Below, piece by piece: positions 1 to 14,536 of a stretch of DNA of 64,000 nucleotides. Position 1 is the first letter of the stretch. Every line of letters starts with the position of its first letter. The stretch spans positions 6,820,001 through 6,884,000 of the forward strand of contig CM102286.1 of NCBI GenBank assembly GCA_046563655.1, read 5' to 3'. The DNA is from Yuukianura sp. NJ FZ-2021. Lineage: Eukaryota. The notes under the pieces are model-generated. The model was not told where the DNA came from. It made no database searches and worked only from the letters and a program-made list of their open reading frames with translations. Made by a program: the position numbers and the translations under genes.

Positions 1-265
1 CGGAAAGCCGTCATCACCACACGGCTCCTTTTTGGACAAAAGTGCTTACGCTCAATTTTAAAAGTAATATTAGATTTGAGTTGGACGGAATATTGTGAGT
101 GACGTTGATATTATTAAAAATCAACTGCCTCCAAGATCCTAGCAGTGGAGTAACAGTTTTTAGACAAGGGGAGTATGAAATGGGATGTGAAAGTAGAAAG
201 TCTTACGGCTTGAGAGCGATGAGCAGGACACGTAGAGAGTCGCTCCAGATGGTCTTGACAAATAC

Positions 266-3200
266 AAGCGGATTCGGAACGCATCCGCTTCCATTCTTCC
301 ACATCCACGGCTTCGTCACTGAAACAGAACCAACGCAACAGTATTTATTAAAGTTCATATTAACACTCGTACATGGCAATATCACAGACACTTTGGATTT
401 GATAACGGCGTTTCCTGCATCACAATTTTCAAACAGGAATTGGTTGACAGAGGTTCTCAATTTTTTTAAAACCATGTTGCTCCTGATTTTCAGCTACTTC
501 AAGCTGCTAACCTAACCTCGCCTAACCTAACTTTAATACAACTAGGCTCTATGGCTCTATCGATTCTGACAGCACTGGAACTCATCTTAAGCAGGACTTA
601 AGGGCCGAAAAGACACAATTACTTCGTAGAGCGTCCACAAGTAAGTGTTGGACATAAAGTTGAAATTGTTCGTTAGAGAAAGTTCCAAGTCAGCTTTTCT
701 AAAGACCTAATCAATACAGGAAATCTCGAGACGTAACATCCATTTGGGGGGTGTTTTGAGTTCTAAATGTGAGTTGTGATGTTGTGATGAAGGTTTGAAG
801 TGAAACCAGGGCGTAAATTAGGTGTGAGATGGGCTGGAGGAGGCGGTGGTTATTGAGAAAATTGGAAGGCAGCAGAGAGTCCTCGGAGAAAATGAAAGGA
901 CTTTCTCTACTCAACTCTTATTTTCAGTACCTTCAAAGCGGGAAAGACGAGAGGCTGACACAGTCGCTTTGTTCACAGTCATTATCCGCACAGTTTGCGT
1001 TCCCTCAATGGTACACTACTTGCGACGACCGCACTGCCTTAACGCGTTTCCTCTGCAATTTGTCGCTTCCACAGAAAGAAAGAGGAAAATAACAATTATC
1101 TCGGAGAAAAGCAAACAGAAGTCTCTGATTAAAAATCCTACTTTGAAAAGCCGTCATTCTATAAATAGATTTTCTTAAGATTGGTTAAACAACAGCCACC
1201 TTCAATTTGTAAACATTCTCCAGTGTTGGCAATTTAAGCAAAATATTTGAAATCATTGTGCTATTCTTAGACGCAAGTTCTCTAAAAAAAAATTCCGAAA
1301 TATTTTGAATTCTCAAAATTGTATTTTTTGGATTGACGCTGTTCACAACTGATATTTCCAAAAATTTTGAACCTTCTCGCGTCAAAAAAGTAATTAATTT
1401 TTACTTTTTGGAAACTGATTATCCCTCTTGTCAAAACAGTTTTTTAGCTAAGCGTCACCAAAATACTATTAAGGTTTTTAAGGTTTTTTTTTTTTTGTAA
1501 ATCTGACTAACATACTTATTTAACATTGAACACAGCACAAAATAAATAAATTCTTATCTTTAGTTAAAAAAATGAAAATGTTCTAATTTTAACAACACGG
1601 ATATGAACCCGATTTATCTTTGACAACCCTGGACCAATCTGCGGAGCTTTCTAATAAAAAAGAAGATCAAGTTAATGTTAGAGGCGCTTTGAATTCTTCT
1701 GCATGTTTAGTCATGCTATGCTGGATTATAAAGACAATTCGAATTCGTTGTAGAATTAACCAGACGCAAAATTGACGTGACCGAAAGCTGTTTTTCCAAG
1801 TCTTCCTAAATTCTCTTTGAATTGAAGAAATGAATGCTTTTAGGAATTGTTTAGACTGCGTTGTTTCAACAATAAAAGAGTAGGAAAGGGAGGATTAGAG
1901 GCGGATTTAAGGAGTAAAGTGTCTTTTAATGCCGTCATACAATGTGGAACACGAGCCCAAAATGTGTCTCCTGCTCAATTAATTTTCCAGCTAAAGTTCC
2001 TATTAGGAACAAGGGTTTTGTCTTTCTCCCGACTAATTGCTACAGGTGGAGAAACTACAAAGACAATGGCAGGAGGAAGATGAATTCTGGCAAATGACTT
2101 GGAAATGAATAGATTCGGGGGTGCTTTAATTTGGAGACTTTGATCAGAGAAGACAAAAATAAGTGAAGTTACTTGAAAAAAGGCGGGGCAGAAGTCCCTG
2201 GGGGATTGTTGGTGAAAGTGGAAAGTTTTTCGTATGTTTCCGCGGGAAAAAAGTGGAACAGACTCAGGGACTCATCAGTCTGCGGATCATCAACAAATCT
2301 CCGTCTTAATTCTGCACAATTCCAGTGACGCCACCAGTCTCCTAATCCATCCACCGCACGACTTACACGTTAGTTTTTCTCTGTGGTAAACTTACATGCC
2401 AGTGGAAAAAAACTAAAGACGGATGGTCCCTTCAACTTTCTTTTTCATGAGAAGTTTTAATGAAGAAACTAAAAGCAGGGCTTCCTCCAGTTCCTCCAAT
2501 GTCAACAGCTTCCGCTTTATCTTTTTTGCAGAAAGAACAGCAACGCATAATTTTGTAATTAATAATAATGGTTTTCCTTAATTCATTGTCCCTGCTTCTT
2601 TCATCCATTTTTTAAGCAATTAACAACAGCTTAAATACTCGTCATGTTGACATTCATAGGGTTAGGCTTGTATAATAAAGCTATAGCGTTAATATTAATC
2701 CAGGCTGTTCATGATGGGCATTTGATGCCGGTGTTAAGTCATTCATTGCTTTGACTGTGGAGATTACTTAGTTTAAATTTGCTTAGCTGATACACTATGG
2801 AAAAATATGGTTTTTTAGCTGTTGAGTAAATGTTTAATGTTTAAAGTCAGAGTACTAATTTGAGCCAGATTAAGCTCATATTATCCTGTAGTACATTTGA
2901 ATCGCAGATAGAATACCAAATACAACTCGAATTTGTTTTAAAAATTCATGCCTTCTCAGCTTTAGCAGGGTCATTCGGCTGTCTGACTTGCAGTATTAAC
3001 TAGACTAACCAAATTTTCTAGAAATCTGATTTTTACCAAAAAATTAAATTCTTCAAGTTTCCTTTCTGAATAACGTACACTATTTTTTTTAATTAAACTT
3101 GATATTTGAATGCACGATGTAAATTTTGATTCCAAAGGACACTATTGACACTTATAAGAGTAGACAAACATTTTTTGATTAATCTGAAACAATTTACTTT

Positions 3201-6200
3201 CAAATTTTTTTTATACACTTTAGAACTTACATTCAATTCTCACGCCTCATGATGTGGTAGAAACACAGGTCATACCAAGGCGGCCCAAATTTTATTTTAT
3301 TGTGGGACTGGGACACAAACGTTCATCAACGTTGAAACTTTTACAACCTGAGTTTCCATTTCCCAGTATTCCCACCAGGCGGTTGCGATGAGTCCTGGAG
3401 GGAACATTTGGACCCACGCTTGTACTGGTGCGTACATAGTACATACAAATTTCATGGGTACAATGACAACGGACTCAAAATTTACACTGGCGGAGATAGG
3501 ACTAAACCACCAACGTTTACTTCTACTGAAACCTTGCTACGAAATACAACGTAGAATTTACTAACAAAGAATAAGTGGCTACTTTATCGGTTGACCTGCT
3601 CGCGTCGATGTTTGAATTGAGTTACGTTGAAGTAAACTTCACTTGTTCTAATCAGACTCAGCACACCCAACATTTCCAAGTTGCTGACACACAGCGGTTT
3701 TATTGGTTCCTTCTCCGAGAATCTATAAAAGTGGATTTCAGTGTTCTACTGAAAAGGAAGTTTTTTCCGAAAACGATACTAAAACCTGTGAGTTAGGATA
3801 CACCAGGTACTTGGAGATATATTTCGAAGTTCAAAATTTCGAATCAACTGTCGAAAGTTATTGCTGAAAATAAGGTCTTTACACCACTTGCAAGGTAAAC
3901 ATTTCAAATAAAATTGAAATTGGTGTAAACCTAACGCATACCTCATTGTTTAGAAAAAAATAAATGTTCACACATAAACCTATGGGATAATGAAAACTAT
4001 GTGGCAGCGTAACTGCTAATGTGATTTACAACTTTGGAGCTGAAAAGGTAAGCCTAGGATTTTCATTTAATTGGAAACCATTTGAAATCCAATTTTCTAA
4101 ACCGTTCATGTGGTATTGGGATTTATATTTTTTTAGAATTGCGGGGCAATAATGAATTTTTGTCGTTGAAAAGTTTTCGCATCACTCGAAAAATGAACCA
4201 AAAATTTACCGAAAGAGAAAGGCTTAAGGCTTGATTCAAGCAAAATCCAAAACTTTGGGCATTATTTTTTGGAGGACTTAAGAGCTCACGAAGTTGTCGT
4301 CTGTCGCTTTTGAACCGTGTGGCTGGAAATGGTTGACTGTGGAGGGCTTTACAAGTTGTCATTAGAACGTTTTGCACGCTTTCCCTTCTGAATATTGTTA
4401 TTAACGTCGTAAAACCAGGATGGGAAAAGAGAAAGCGAAGAGCGAAACTCATGGAATTTCTGTTACTGCCCGGATTAGCGTGCCATTTTGTTCGGTCCAA
4501 AACTCCAAAACGAAATTGAATTCGTAGTGATTTTCAATTCCAATTTCATTTTAGTTCCTCCCAATTCCTCAGCCATGCCACTGGATACAAGAAAAATTTG
4601 GTGATGCTGGAAGCCAAGAGACTTTAGCACCTAGAAATATATGTTGTCGGAAAGCCACTGGCAATTGACTGCCCTTGTACATCTACGTGGAGCCCTTATG
4701 GAACGGCAATCATGAATTATTCTGTATTTTCCTATGCCTAATATGATCATGGATGCATTTAGCTCTACATACACGAATCCCACAAACATAGAGATTCACT
4801 TAAAGAGGAGACACTCCAGAGAGAAAGTCGATAACTTTCATCACGCCTTCCAAACCCAAAGTATTCTTTAGGATAACAGGAATTCGACTAGTCTTTTCTG
4901 GAAGTAGGAACGGAGCATTGGGATTGGTTGCCATTGTTCTTTGTCAGAATACTTGAGAACACTGCGATTCAATTATTAAAACGTTCTGTGTCAATCCTAT
5001 TATCCGTTTGAGGTTTACCTGGAATTAGAACGTCTACTTGAGTCCTTCTTGCCTGCCTGGAGTTGTGACAGATCCCTCTGCCTTTTCTCTGTTTCCTGCC
5101 ATATTTTCCAGTAGAGACAGAGCATAATAGACACGGGGACGTAAAATGCTGCGATGGCAGTGCCAAAAGTGATGTAGTGGTTCGTTTCGATGAATTGGAT
5201 GTAACATTCTAACGGTGGCACTGTACGCTTTCCTTCTAGATATGGCCAGGAGTATATCCATGGTGGCCAGAGAATCAGTGAAATGCCCCATGCTGCTGAA
5301 ATCATCATGGCTGCTCGGCGGGTAGTACGCCTAGCCCTGAAATTAAAAAGCAAGATTAAACTGTTGTTCTGAAAAACTCCTGCTTACTTAAAAACGCCGG
5401 AACAAGCTTTCACAAATCAAATCACTGATAGTACGATTGCAATTTTGTTTTAAAAATTCAATTTCTCAGCTGCAAAATTCTTGTACGACAATTTTCAAAA
5501 ACTAATACAAAGGATACATCAGTAAATTCTACAGAATGATGATTTCGCTATGATGAAGTAAGTGATTAGTTGTTCAAAACGCCTGACGCAGTCTCCCGAA
5601 GGGTATTAAATACAGAAGGAAATTTTGTTTAACTTATCCAATCTGTCTTAATTCTGGTGCGTAGGAGACATTCGTTGACGAACCGAGGGATTCAGAATTG
5701 TGTGGTGAACTTCCATAAATTCATCACGCCTTTTAATGGAATTATGTAGCTGGCGGAAATTAGGTTTCAACGGATCTGTAGCAAGTTAGGCCAAACCGAA
5801 TTGAATTAGTTGAATGGAGCATCTTGTGTCTTTCAGCAAGCGACGAGCGAAGCAATTTGCAGGGCAGAATTGACCACTTTCTCTAGTGTCGTCTACCAGG
5901 TAAGAGCAAGGTATGCCGCAAATTTAATCAAATTTCGAGCAACCGCAACCAATTGTAAGCGAAACTCCGCCTTAGTTTTCTACCGTAGGTGCTATCTATT
6001 ACAACATTAATATTCAAGCGACTTTGTAAATTTCGACAGCTTTCACAGGTCGCTAGGTTGCACTTAGCCTGGGGAAAGTAACGTAACAAATCCAACGTTT
6101 CGCATCGTTGTTTTGAAATAGTATATTTCAAATTCAATTCTGAAGTTTAAGCTCCTTTGTTTCATATTTGGTTTTGAATTTCAACTGTTCGGTAACAGGT

Positions 6201-6776
6201 TTTTGAGTAACCATGGATATTAATTTCTAAACGAGCCTTAGGATATGAACGGGCAAAACTTTCTGAATGGAGTTACCTGTATGTGAGGGGTCTGGTGACT
6301 GAAAAGTATCTGTCGAATGAGATGATGAGTAGATTGAGCACGGAAGCGTTGGAAACAAGGTAGTCAAGTGCCAACCAAGTGTCACAGACGCTTGGACCAA
6401 ACGGCCAGTAACCCATGATTGTGTAGATGGAGTACAAGGGCATTGACACCAACCCTATCACAAAGTCCGCAACGGCCAGGGAAAACAGAAAGTAGTTACT
6501 GATTGTCTGCAACTGTTTGTCAATTTTGAAGGAAACCATCACTAGAATATTCCCAAGTACAGTAAAGAGGGACAGAAACGAGGAGACACAGCCCACAAAA
6601 ACCATTTCAAATATTGAATACTTGGAGGACTTGAAGGGGTCAGGAGACATTGTAGTGGTGAGAAGAGCCATGGAGGCATTAGCTCCAGTGTCGCCCCAGG
6701 TTGACCCATGTGTAACTGTTGGAACTATTGGTGTAAACCCTGACGAGAACCCTCCAGCCACGCCTGGAATCTGCAT
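266..6776 (-). CDS. mAChR-A: Muscarinic acetylcholine receptor (A-type, class A GPCR); 3' part runs off the window start
   Basis: Exon 6776..6277 encodes TM1-3 ([67 protein letters not shown]). Exon 5336..5019 encodes TM4-5 ([13 protein letters not shown]...[10 protein letters not shown]). A phase-compatible ICL3 exon starts at 318 ([19 protein letters not shown]); its donor near 265 is uncertain. Confidence 0.92.
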
Positions 6777-9700
6777 TCTCAAATTCCCGGTGAATGTAGG
6801 ATGATAATGGAATGTCTTGAATTGGTCATTCCCCGAGCACTGGGTCACTGGCAATAACGGGTTCTTTGTCACTGACTGTGTACGTTGCCCCGACCATTTC
6901 CTGTTGTCTAAAACTGGTCGACGGTTGGAGGACTGTGAGTCAGAGGAGTCAGGTACATCTAGGCCCTTGATACTTCTCAAGTTGACTAAAGTTTCTCTTC
7001 CCTGCGCACACAGACACCGAAATCCTGCCTCTGATGGTCCTGGATATTCGGGAGCTGGATGTCGTGCAGCGGAGCTTATGGGAAAACAATGGGAGTAAAT
7101 ATGAAAACAGAATGGAGAAAGCGGCGGTGAAGTTGAGGACTTTCTTCTCTAAAGTATCATCTTGTCTCTCCTTCAAAATTCAACTGCTCAAAACCACAAA
7201 CTTCTGAGACGTTTTCTTAGTTTGAGGGCACAACAGTTCGTGCTGACTTCAAAAGAGGAATGATGTCTGGAACAGGAATTAGCCTGAATTAGCACAATTG
7301 GTTCCACTAGAACGCCACTAGTCCGTGGGTTTGCTAGTCCAAAGCCACTACAAATAGTAAGTCTTGTAGAATTGATGGTTTGAAAGAGGTTTCTCTTTTC
7401 TTGTCTAGGTACTTTGGAAAATTGAACCACTCCCAAAGTGAAGGAAAATGAGACTGACTGCCAAAGTTTTACCGACAGGTCTGAAAATGCTGAATTTTTT
7501 CTGTGCTGCTCCTTGGGATTTTTTGAAGATCCATTGTGCTTTCTCCTCCCGGAGATCCAAGGCTCTCCGCCTCTATTGACTGCTTTCCCTTCGCAGGAAA
7601 ATGAAAGAGGAGGAAGCAAGCGTCCCTTCTTCCAGAATCAACCAAAAGAGCAAGTGGGAAAAATACACGCCTTTTAATGAATCCCAGTTTCACAACCAGC
7701 CTCCCCAAACCCCGTCTCCGTTGGACCATTTAAAAGTATGAATTAATTCTTTGCCCTGGAGAGACTTCAAAAAAATTCAAGTCAAACGGAAGTTTTAAGC
7801 GGAGAAATATTTAATTTGAAATATACGGTTGTACATTGTGTGTTTTTAATATAAATAAAAACACATCAAAACTCTGAAATGAGAAATAAATATTAATTAA
7901 ATTATATTGCCTTTATGTGAACAGCTTACGATTCACACGCTGAATTTTACAAATACAAATCAAAGTAAAGTGGAAGGATTGGAGGACCAATATAGCGGTC
8001 AAACAATATCGATCGATATTCCAAATACTATTTTGTTAACTTTGTAATATGCAACAAACGAAAGCAATGTTACTAGCCACAAAATAAAATTTTATTCCGA
8101 TTCTTTTTAATGAAAGAGATGTTATTTCGCAGTGTTTACAAAATGTACAAATCCGAAAGAGGAAAAGATACTTTTTCTTTTTTGTAAATTATTCTTGAAA
8201 TGTGGAGTAGTGAATAAGTAAAGTTTCCTGTGGGTATATTCACAAAGCAGTGAAGAACAATGTAAGTACAAAATATCAACGCTGTACTATGTGAATTTGT
8301 AAAATGTTATACTCCGGATACCGCTTGTGAATGAATAAGATGAAAATTTTACGTTGCTGAATTTTTTTTCCAGATCATAGGGCGAATCGTGCCGGCAAAA
8401 CCAGGTCAGACAAAGTAGTACAAGTTTTAAGTGACTTCTAACATGATGCATGAACTCAAGTATTTACAATTAAAAATTCGGTGTTTTTTGTTAAGAAAGT
8501 TCAAACTATATCAATTAATTCCCCAGAAATCCATCACAATAAAAAGATTGCCAAACATTCGTACAACATATTATTGGTTGAAAATCCCACTTGTCTTGTG
8601 AATAGAAGTGTTTCGTTATGTTTGTGCGTTTAGATTATTGCGAGGATCAGGTCTGGCACCAAAAATACACATTGCTGTTTTTATTGTTTTTTTTTTCATG
8701 AAATAGTTTTTATTGCACTACTATTGCTACAATTACTGTTGGTCAGCTTCCAAAAATGATGCACGGATGTTGGCAGAGTTCATTGTACCATTTGTTTAAA
8801 CTTCAATTTAAGAAATTTTGAATATCTTCAGATATTCCAATTTAATATTCTCAGACGAATTTCAATTTCAATTCCAATTTTCCGTTATTTCGGGCTTTCA
8901 CTTTCCCTACACACGTCAGTCACCTGTCATGAGAGGCGCACGGATGGAGTCGTTGGGGAAAGTGTCTAGTGATACGAGCATGACAAGATGAGCAACGTTA
9001 TACTTCTCATAAGTTGAGCAATGGAATGGATTAAATTTCAACACAGTTTGACAGCATCTGCTTCTCAAGGAGGGTTGTGTTACGTGGAAAGTGAGCGATT
9101 TCTCCATATCTTGAGAATTGATGTGTATGCTATTGTTTTACCTGTTAGGCTAAACTGTAGTGCTCCAAAGGGCCAAGGCCTTTGGCCTCTAACTTACTAC
9201 ACTTTCTTAGAAGCCTTAGCCCAGAAAATGAGCTGAATTTGGCATGTTGTTGCCGGCGTCGTTGGTGGAACAAGGAGATTGAATTCAGGATCGATCTCTG
9301 GAGGAATGTAATGATGTGGCATAGAGTGTAGTTGGGTTCAGGAGAAAGGAGGATCAGCCTCACTTGCCCAGCATATCCAGCATCCGCATTTCATTTCCCA
9401 TTGATTTTCGGAAGAGTGGGTTCTACGCCACGGGAAGAAAGCAGGGAGAAAGTGCTGGGCCATCCTTTGCAATCCCAGCGAGCAGTGGGGCTCCTCAATG
9501 GGTATCCATGGCAACAGGCCGAGGAGCAGCAGAGCCGAACCACCCAGCAGAATCCGTAGCAGACCCCGGGTTTCTTCCGCCTGGACCCAGTCAGCATGCA
9601 CAGGGCACAGTAGTCTCCAGCTTTCGCAAAAAAGTGCGAGGGCCTTTTAGTCCTTGCTGAGCGGTGAGGGCGCATACATTCCAGGACGCTCGGAGTCCTT

Positions 9701-10857
9701 GATCTTCTCACTCCTTGTGCGGATCAATGACTTCCATGACCGAGGAAGTCATCTTCCGCTGGAGCACAGACTGTTCCCTTTGAAAAGCTAATTGATGCCT
9801 TCTCTCCTTCAATCTGACAATTCCTGAGTCATAACGACACTCAAACTCTTCGCTCTAATTAACCTTGTCCCCGACTCAATTACTCACTTTTCTCGTCACT
9901 TTCTCTTGGAGTTTTGTGACTCTCCCAATCTAGAGCCTTTTTCAGTCATCGGAATAACCGATGCTTCCAGGAACCGGTGATTGGATGAAGACGAAGGAAA
10001 CAAAGCGCAAAGTGGAAATAAATGGCAGTTATGCCTTTCCGTCTCATGAGCTTCCTTTTCCCTTTCCAGTTGCTTACTTTCACGTCGATGCTTCTCTTTC
10101 TCTCTGTCTACCTTCATTCTAATCAAATCCAAGTCCTCCTCCTTGCTTTATGTCACACTTTTTAATCCCTCCTGATAGAAATTTAGTACAACCGTCATCT
10201 TTCAAAGGGTGTTATACGAAGAAAGCAAGCTGGTAGAATGACAGCAAAGTTTCAAAATTCTCGCATTTGAATAAACTTAAAAAGTTGTGAGTTTGGTTCA
10301 CATAAATGGAAGCACTAATTATTGTTCGTTTGCATTAGCTGTGGGATTGCAAATTCTGATAAAATTAAGGCGTAATAATTTCATATTTTTTTTGCGTTTC
10401 GTTTGCTCAGATTATTATAATATTGATTATAAAATTGAGGCAACGTGTAACACTGGAATATTCACTTCAAACGTCAAGGCAGATACAGAATTTCAATGTA
10501 TTAATATGTTGTGCACATTGCTTTGTATATTGCTTAAACCTTATTTGTCAACTCCGCGTAGGTAATTCCACCTTTGAATATGACGAAAGCTTGTACTATT
10601 TAATAATTTTCATAGCTTTATTTGTGAATTATTGATATACGAGGTACTTTCACCATGCCAAAGTTTTTATTCGCATCGTCTTGTGACTTTGAGACGACGA
10701 GGATGAAAAGAGAATGTTATTCAGCTCTTTACAATAAGGGGCTCAGGATTGGCGAAACATTACGTACAATGTGAATTGTGAGTTTGATGAACAAACAATA
10801 CGACTACGTTTTGTTATGGCTGAAAAGCCACTTTACCTTATTTTCGCTCTCAAGGTC

Positions 10858-12701
10858 TCACGACTGCCTTTGAAGCTGTTGTTGCGCATTTGGATCATAA
10901 TAGTGGCCGTTCGCTTTCATTTCTTGTGTTAAACATTTGTAAGCAACTTGCTTAAAGTAACCTTGATTGTGTGGCAAAATTAAAATAAAATGGAAAGCAA
11001 ATGGGAGGTTGGCAGGATTGCCAGCATATGTCTTCAGCATCATTCTTTGCATGTTGGCTTCCAACTGAGGTGGTGAGTCTGGAATATCGCGTACCATCGT
11101 TAGCCACTGAAATACTGCTGGTTGATATTGCTGGTACTGAATATTTGAGGAAATCATAGCAATAGGTCGACATGCATTCAATCGGACCTGTGTTATAAAC
11201 GTTAATTATAATAATTTCAAATGCTAAGTTATGTATACGTTATGTATCGAATTTCCATACCTGGTTTTGCACATCGTACATCTTGATTGTAGATGGATTA
11301 TTGGGGCCAATGTTTTGAGCTGCCTGTTGACAGTACGGGGTCATGTCTTTCCAGTACAATTCCTCCTGGGCTTTTTCAGAACTGTTCAGTTTGTCTGAAA
11401 TAGCACCGTAGCAGGACTCTTGGACCGTGGGGTTTGGAATTTCGTTGACAAAGTCCATGACTCCCGTAGGTGAAGCACCTTGATCTATCGCTTCTTCAAC
11501 AATTCCCTTGGTCACGTTTCCTAACTCGTCGGGGGAGCTGACGTTTTGTGCAAGGTCTTTCCAGTTGTCAATTGCAGTTTGTGGATCGCCAGAAGCCAAA
11601 TTTGCAACTGTTTCCTTTTGTTTCATAACTTGCGGCGTATTCTCAAGCTGCGTAAATTACATATATTATAATATCTCCGTATGTGTATATAAATATGCTA
11701 AATTTAAAATTGAATTTACGGAATAAATATATTCAATAGCTTAATGAAATGCAAATGCTTGCCATCTTTCCGACCTTTTTCTGCAAGTCATCAATATTTT
11801 CATACAACGCACGTTGAGTAGCCTCAAGGTTCTCAATCTGAAATGTAATTTGTAAGAACTCAAATTCCGAAAATTCTGGGTCTTAAAAATTTGGAGTAAA
11901 TTCTAAAATACAAGTCCACGATTTTGCTTTACCTTTCTAGTTAAATCCTTTATAAGTTTTATCAAATCATCAGTAGATGGATTTGGTGAGGCGTCCTTGA
12001 CCAAATTGGCTTCAGGTATATCCAATTGCTTTCCTTGCCTGGGACTCAGCTTCTCCGGTGCTTCTGTAGTAGTTGTTGGCGACTCAACCGTTTCAGGTGG
12101 AGGAATTGGCGTCGTTTCATCGTCGCTGTTTTTCGGCGATTCTTGGGTAGGAACGGTTGTTGGAGGTTCAGTGGCGCTTTCCGTTGTGGTAGTTGTTCCG
12201 CTCTCCGTTGTAGTAGTTGCTCCGCCTTCCGTTGTCGTAATTGCTCCGCCTTCCGTTGTGGTAGTTGCTCCGCCTTCCGTTGTAGTAGTTGCCCCGCCTT
12301 CTGTTGTAGTAGTTGCTCCGCCTTCAGTTGTCGTAATTGCTGCGTCGTCACTGGAAGGTTGAGCTGGCTGTTCTGTAGTTGTTTCTGCTGCCAACTCTCC
12401 CGGCGTTGTAGTATTTATATCTGGGGCGTCAGTAGTTGTCGCTTCGGGGTCATCCTTCCTCAATTCTGGGAACAGTTCCATGCATTGCTGTCGAAGTTGC
12501 TCTTCCGTGGCGTCCCGAAGTTTGTTTCTGCAAGAAAAGAACCGTAATGTTACCAATTCCAGTTTTCAGCGGTAGGCGTCAACATTCTTACGGAATTAAA
12601 GATGATATTGAACTAGAAGCTGACTTTTCTTGACTTCTGACATTTCCAATTGCAACTGAAAATGCAAGTACGATGACACTTAAAACCAAATGCCTCGCCA
12701 T
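10858..12701 (-). CDS. Uncharacterised secreted protein with a Thr-rich mucin-like region (5 exons)
   Basis: ATG 12701 with signal peptide MARHLVLSVIVLAFSVAIG. Exons about 12701-12592, 12527-11933, 11837-11775, 11647-11261 and 11187-10858 join through GT-AG introns. Contains TTTEGGA repeats and a coiled-coil-like segment (IENLEATQRALYENIDDLQKK). Confidence 0.75.
12178..12340 (-). repeat. 21-bp coding minisatellite, about 7 units, encoding TTTEGGA/ITTTEGGA
   Basis: Repeated TCCGCCTTCCGTTGTAGTAGTTGC-like units on the + strand. Confidence 0.9.
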
Positions 12702-13458
12702 TGTTTGAGCTTGCAAGATTACTTTTCCGTCCTGTTTCTTCGACTAAGAATCATGGAGTGCGTCTGGATTTTCGAAGAGACCTATTTTATTAAATCATTT
12801 CCTAAAAAAAATTCCAGTAATACGCAAACAACCAAGCCCTCATCCAATTAGTCATTAGTTTCGCCGAACACCGCAAAAAACAATTCAACCTGTCCTGTTC
12901 ATTCAGGAACAGGTAAACCTTACACTAAAAAAGCAAATTGAGGTGGCCTGAGGATAGTCGTGACTTCATTACATGACAAACTATGAAACAATGAATTTAC
13001 AAGCGATGAAAAGATGCTCTTCATTAGTTAAGATCCTGAAACCTTGAAAATAACCCTTGAAAACCTGCCCACAACTTAAATTCTGTCAGTATTAAAATTT
13101 GATGACGTGATTGAATTTGATAGAAAAACTTATTCCAAGATTCCGATACCAATGAGTTAGCAGTTAAATGTTATGCGTAAAATGATTCATCTGGAAAAGT
13201 CATGACGAAATAGAAGTACCTTGCTCCATGAAATATCATTTGGTTTTGGTTTCTAACGGGTACTGAATGACATAATGAAATGTCTAGTCTACACATTAGT
13301 CTCATGTTCTTAATGCATTTTAATTATTTACAAACGTCTTATGAAATAGCAAATAAATTAGCCTAGTAGTGATAACTTTAACTATGAATTATGAACTTCC
13401 AGTATACGACTGTCCATGAAGAAAATACAATAGTTGACGATTTGCAGTGGTACCGAGT

Positions 13459-14221
13459 TCAATTCATGAGGAGGCCCAGGTAATCGTCCATGAGAGTACC
13501 AATAGCAAACTACAAAAAAATTGCGTTAGTATCTTGCACGACTATCGATATCCGTGAAGGTGACATCCGAATGGGACTTACAATTCCTGAAGCATCAACT
13601 CGTGTTCCAACAATTTTGAGACGAATCTCGTCATCCTGCTTTATCATCATATCTTCGTCCTTGGATCTGTAACATGGAGGGATTGCTGCTGGGTCGAACT
13701 CCATTTCTGATGGAATGGACTGTTGTGAAAAAAGAACAAAAGAAACATCGTCAACAATATGAAAGAATGAAGAATAGGTTTGAAGGGCATAAAATTGTTT
13801 TAAAATGACTTACATGATGTGAGATAAAGCAGGACAGTGGCCCGATGTCACAGAACATACCGACTTTATTAACTTGAGTTACTACAGCATCAACCACTTC
13901 TCCTTTAAATGGTCGGAAGACGATGGCTGTATAGTTGACTGGGTAGACCACAAACCCTTGCCCAGGCAGAATTGTTCCAGCGCCAATTTTGTCTATGGTA
14001 GTTACAGCAATTACGAATCCATACTTCCCTGTACAAGTCCCTTCAACCTCGGCAAATAGTTTCTGTTTGACAACTTCCAACAACTTGGGTCCAAAGTATT
14101 GAGGATGGAGTAGGATTTCATGTTCCATAGTAATCTGTTAAAAAGAAGTGATTAATTTAACCGTTTAGTAAAAACCAATCTTATGTCAAGTATGTTTGAA
14201 TTCAAATACATGGTAGAACAT
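13459..14221 (-). CDS. POLR2G: DNA-directed RNA polymerase II subunit RPB7 (4 exons)
   Basis: [22 protein letters not shown]...[15 protein letters not shown]...[20 protein letters not shown]...[31 protein letters not shown]; canonical splice sites. Confidence 0.97.
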
Positions 14222-14536
14222 CTTGAATTCAATTATTAAGTTCCAATTTAGAAATTTTGTATCCTTCCTCGATCCTCGTATGCTTGAACAACTTAAGTTT
14301 CTATCTAAAATGAAGAAGAAAAATGTAAAATCAGTTGGACGAGAAGGTGCACGTGCAAGTATTAGAAGCACGAATAAATTATTATTCTGTTCTGAATACC
14401 TGACTTTTAGTGATACAACGTGATTTAATTAAAAAGTTACTTTGTCCCTGGCAGTTGTCCCGCAGACTTGACAGGCAGTTGCTCTTTCTAATCGTTTTCG
14501 TTTTGTGTTTGTTTATGCAACGGCTACGGCGGCAGC

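Noticed and set aside
505..535. CCTAA (TTAGG) telomere-like repeats
   Set aside because: Only a few degenerate copies inside an intron; similar motifs occur in local MITEs.
4000..4583. Possible hAT-like element ending GCCACTG
   Set aside because: No convincing matching left TIR or TSD.
11997..12547. Cys-rich and Val-rich plus-strand ORFs
   Set aside because: Shadow frames of the TTTEGGA minisatellite.
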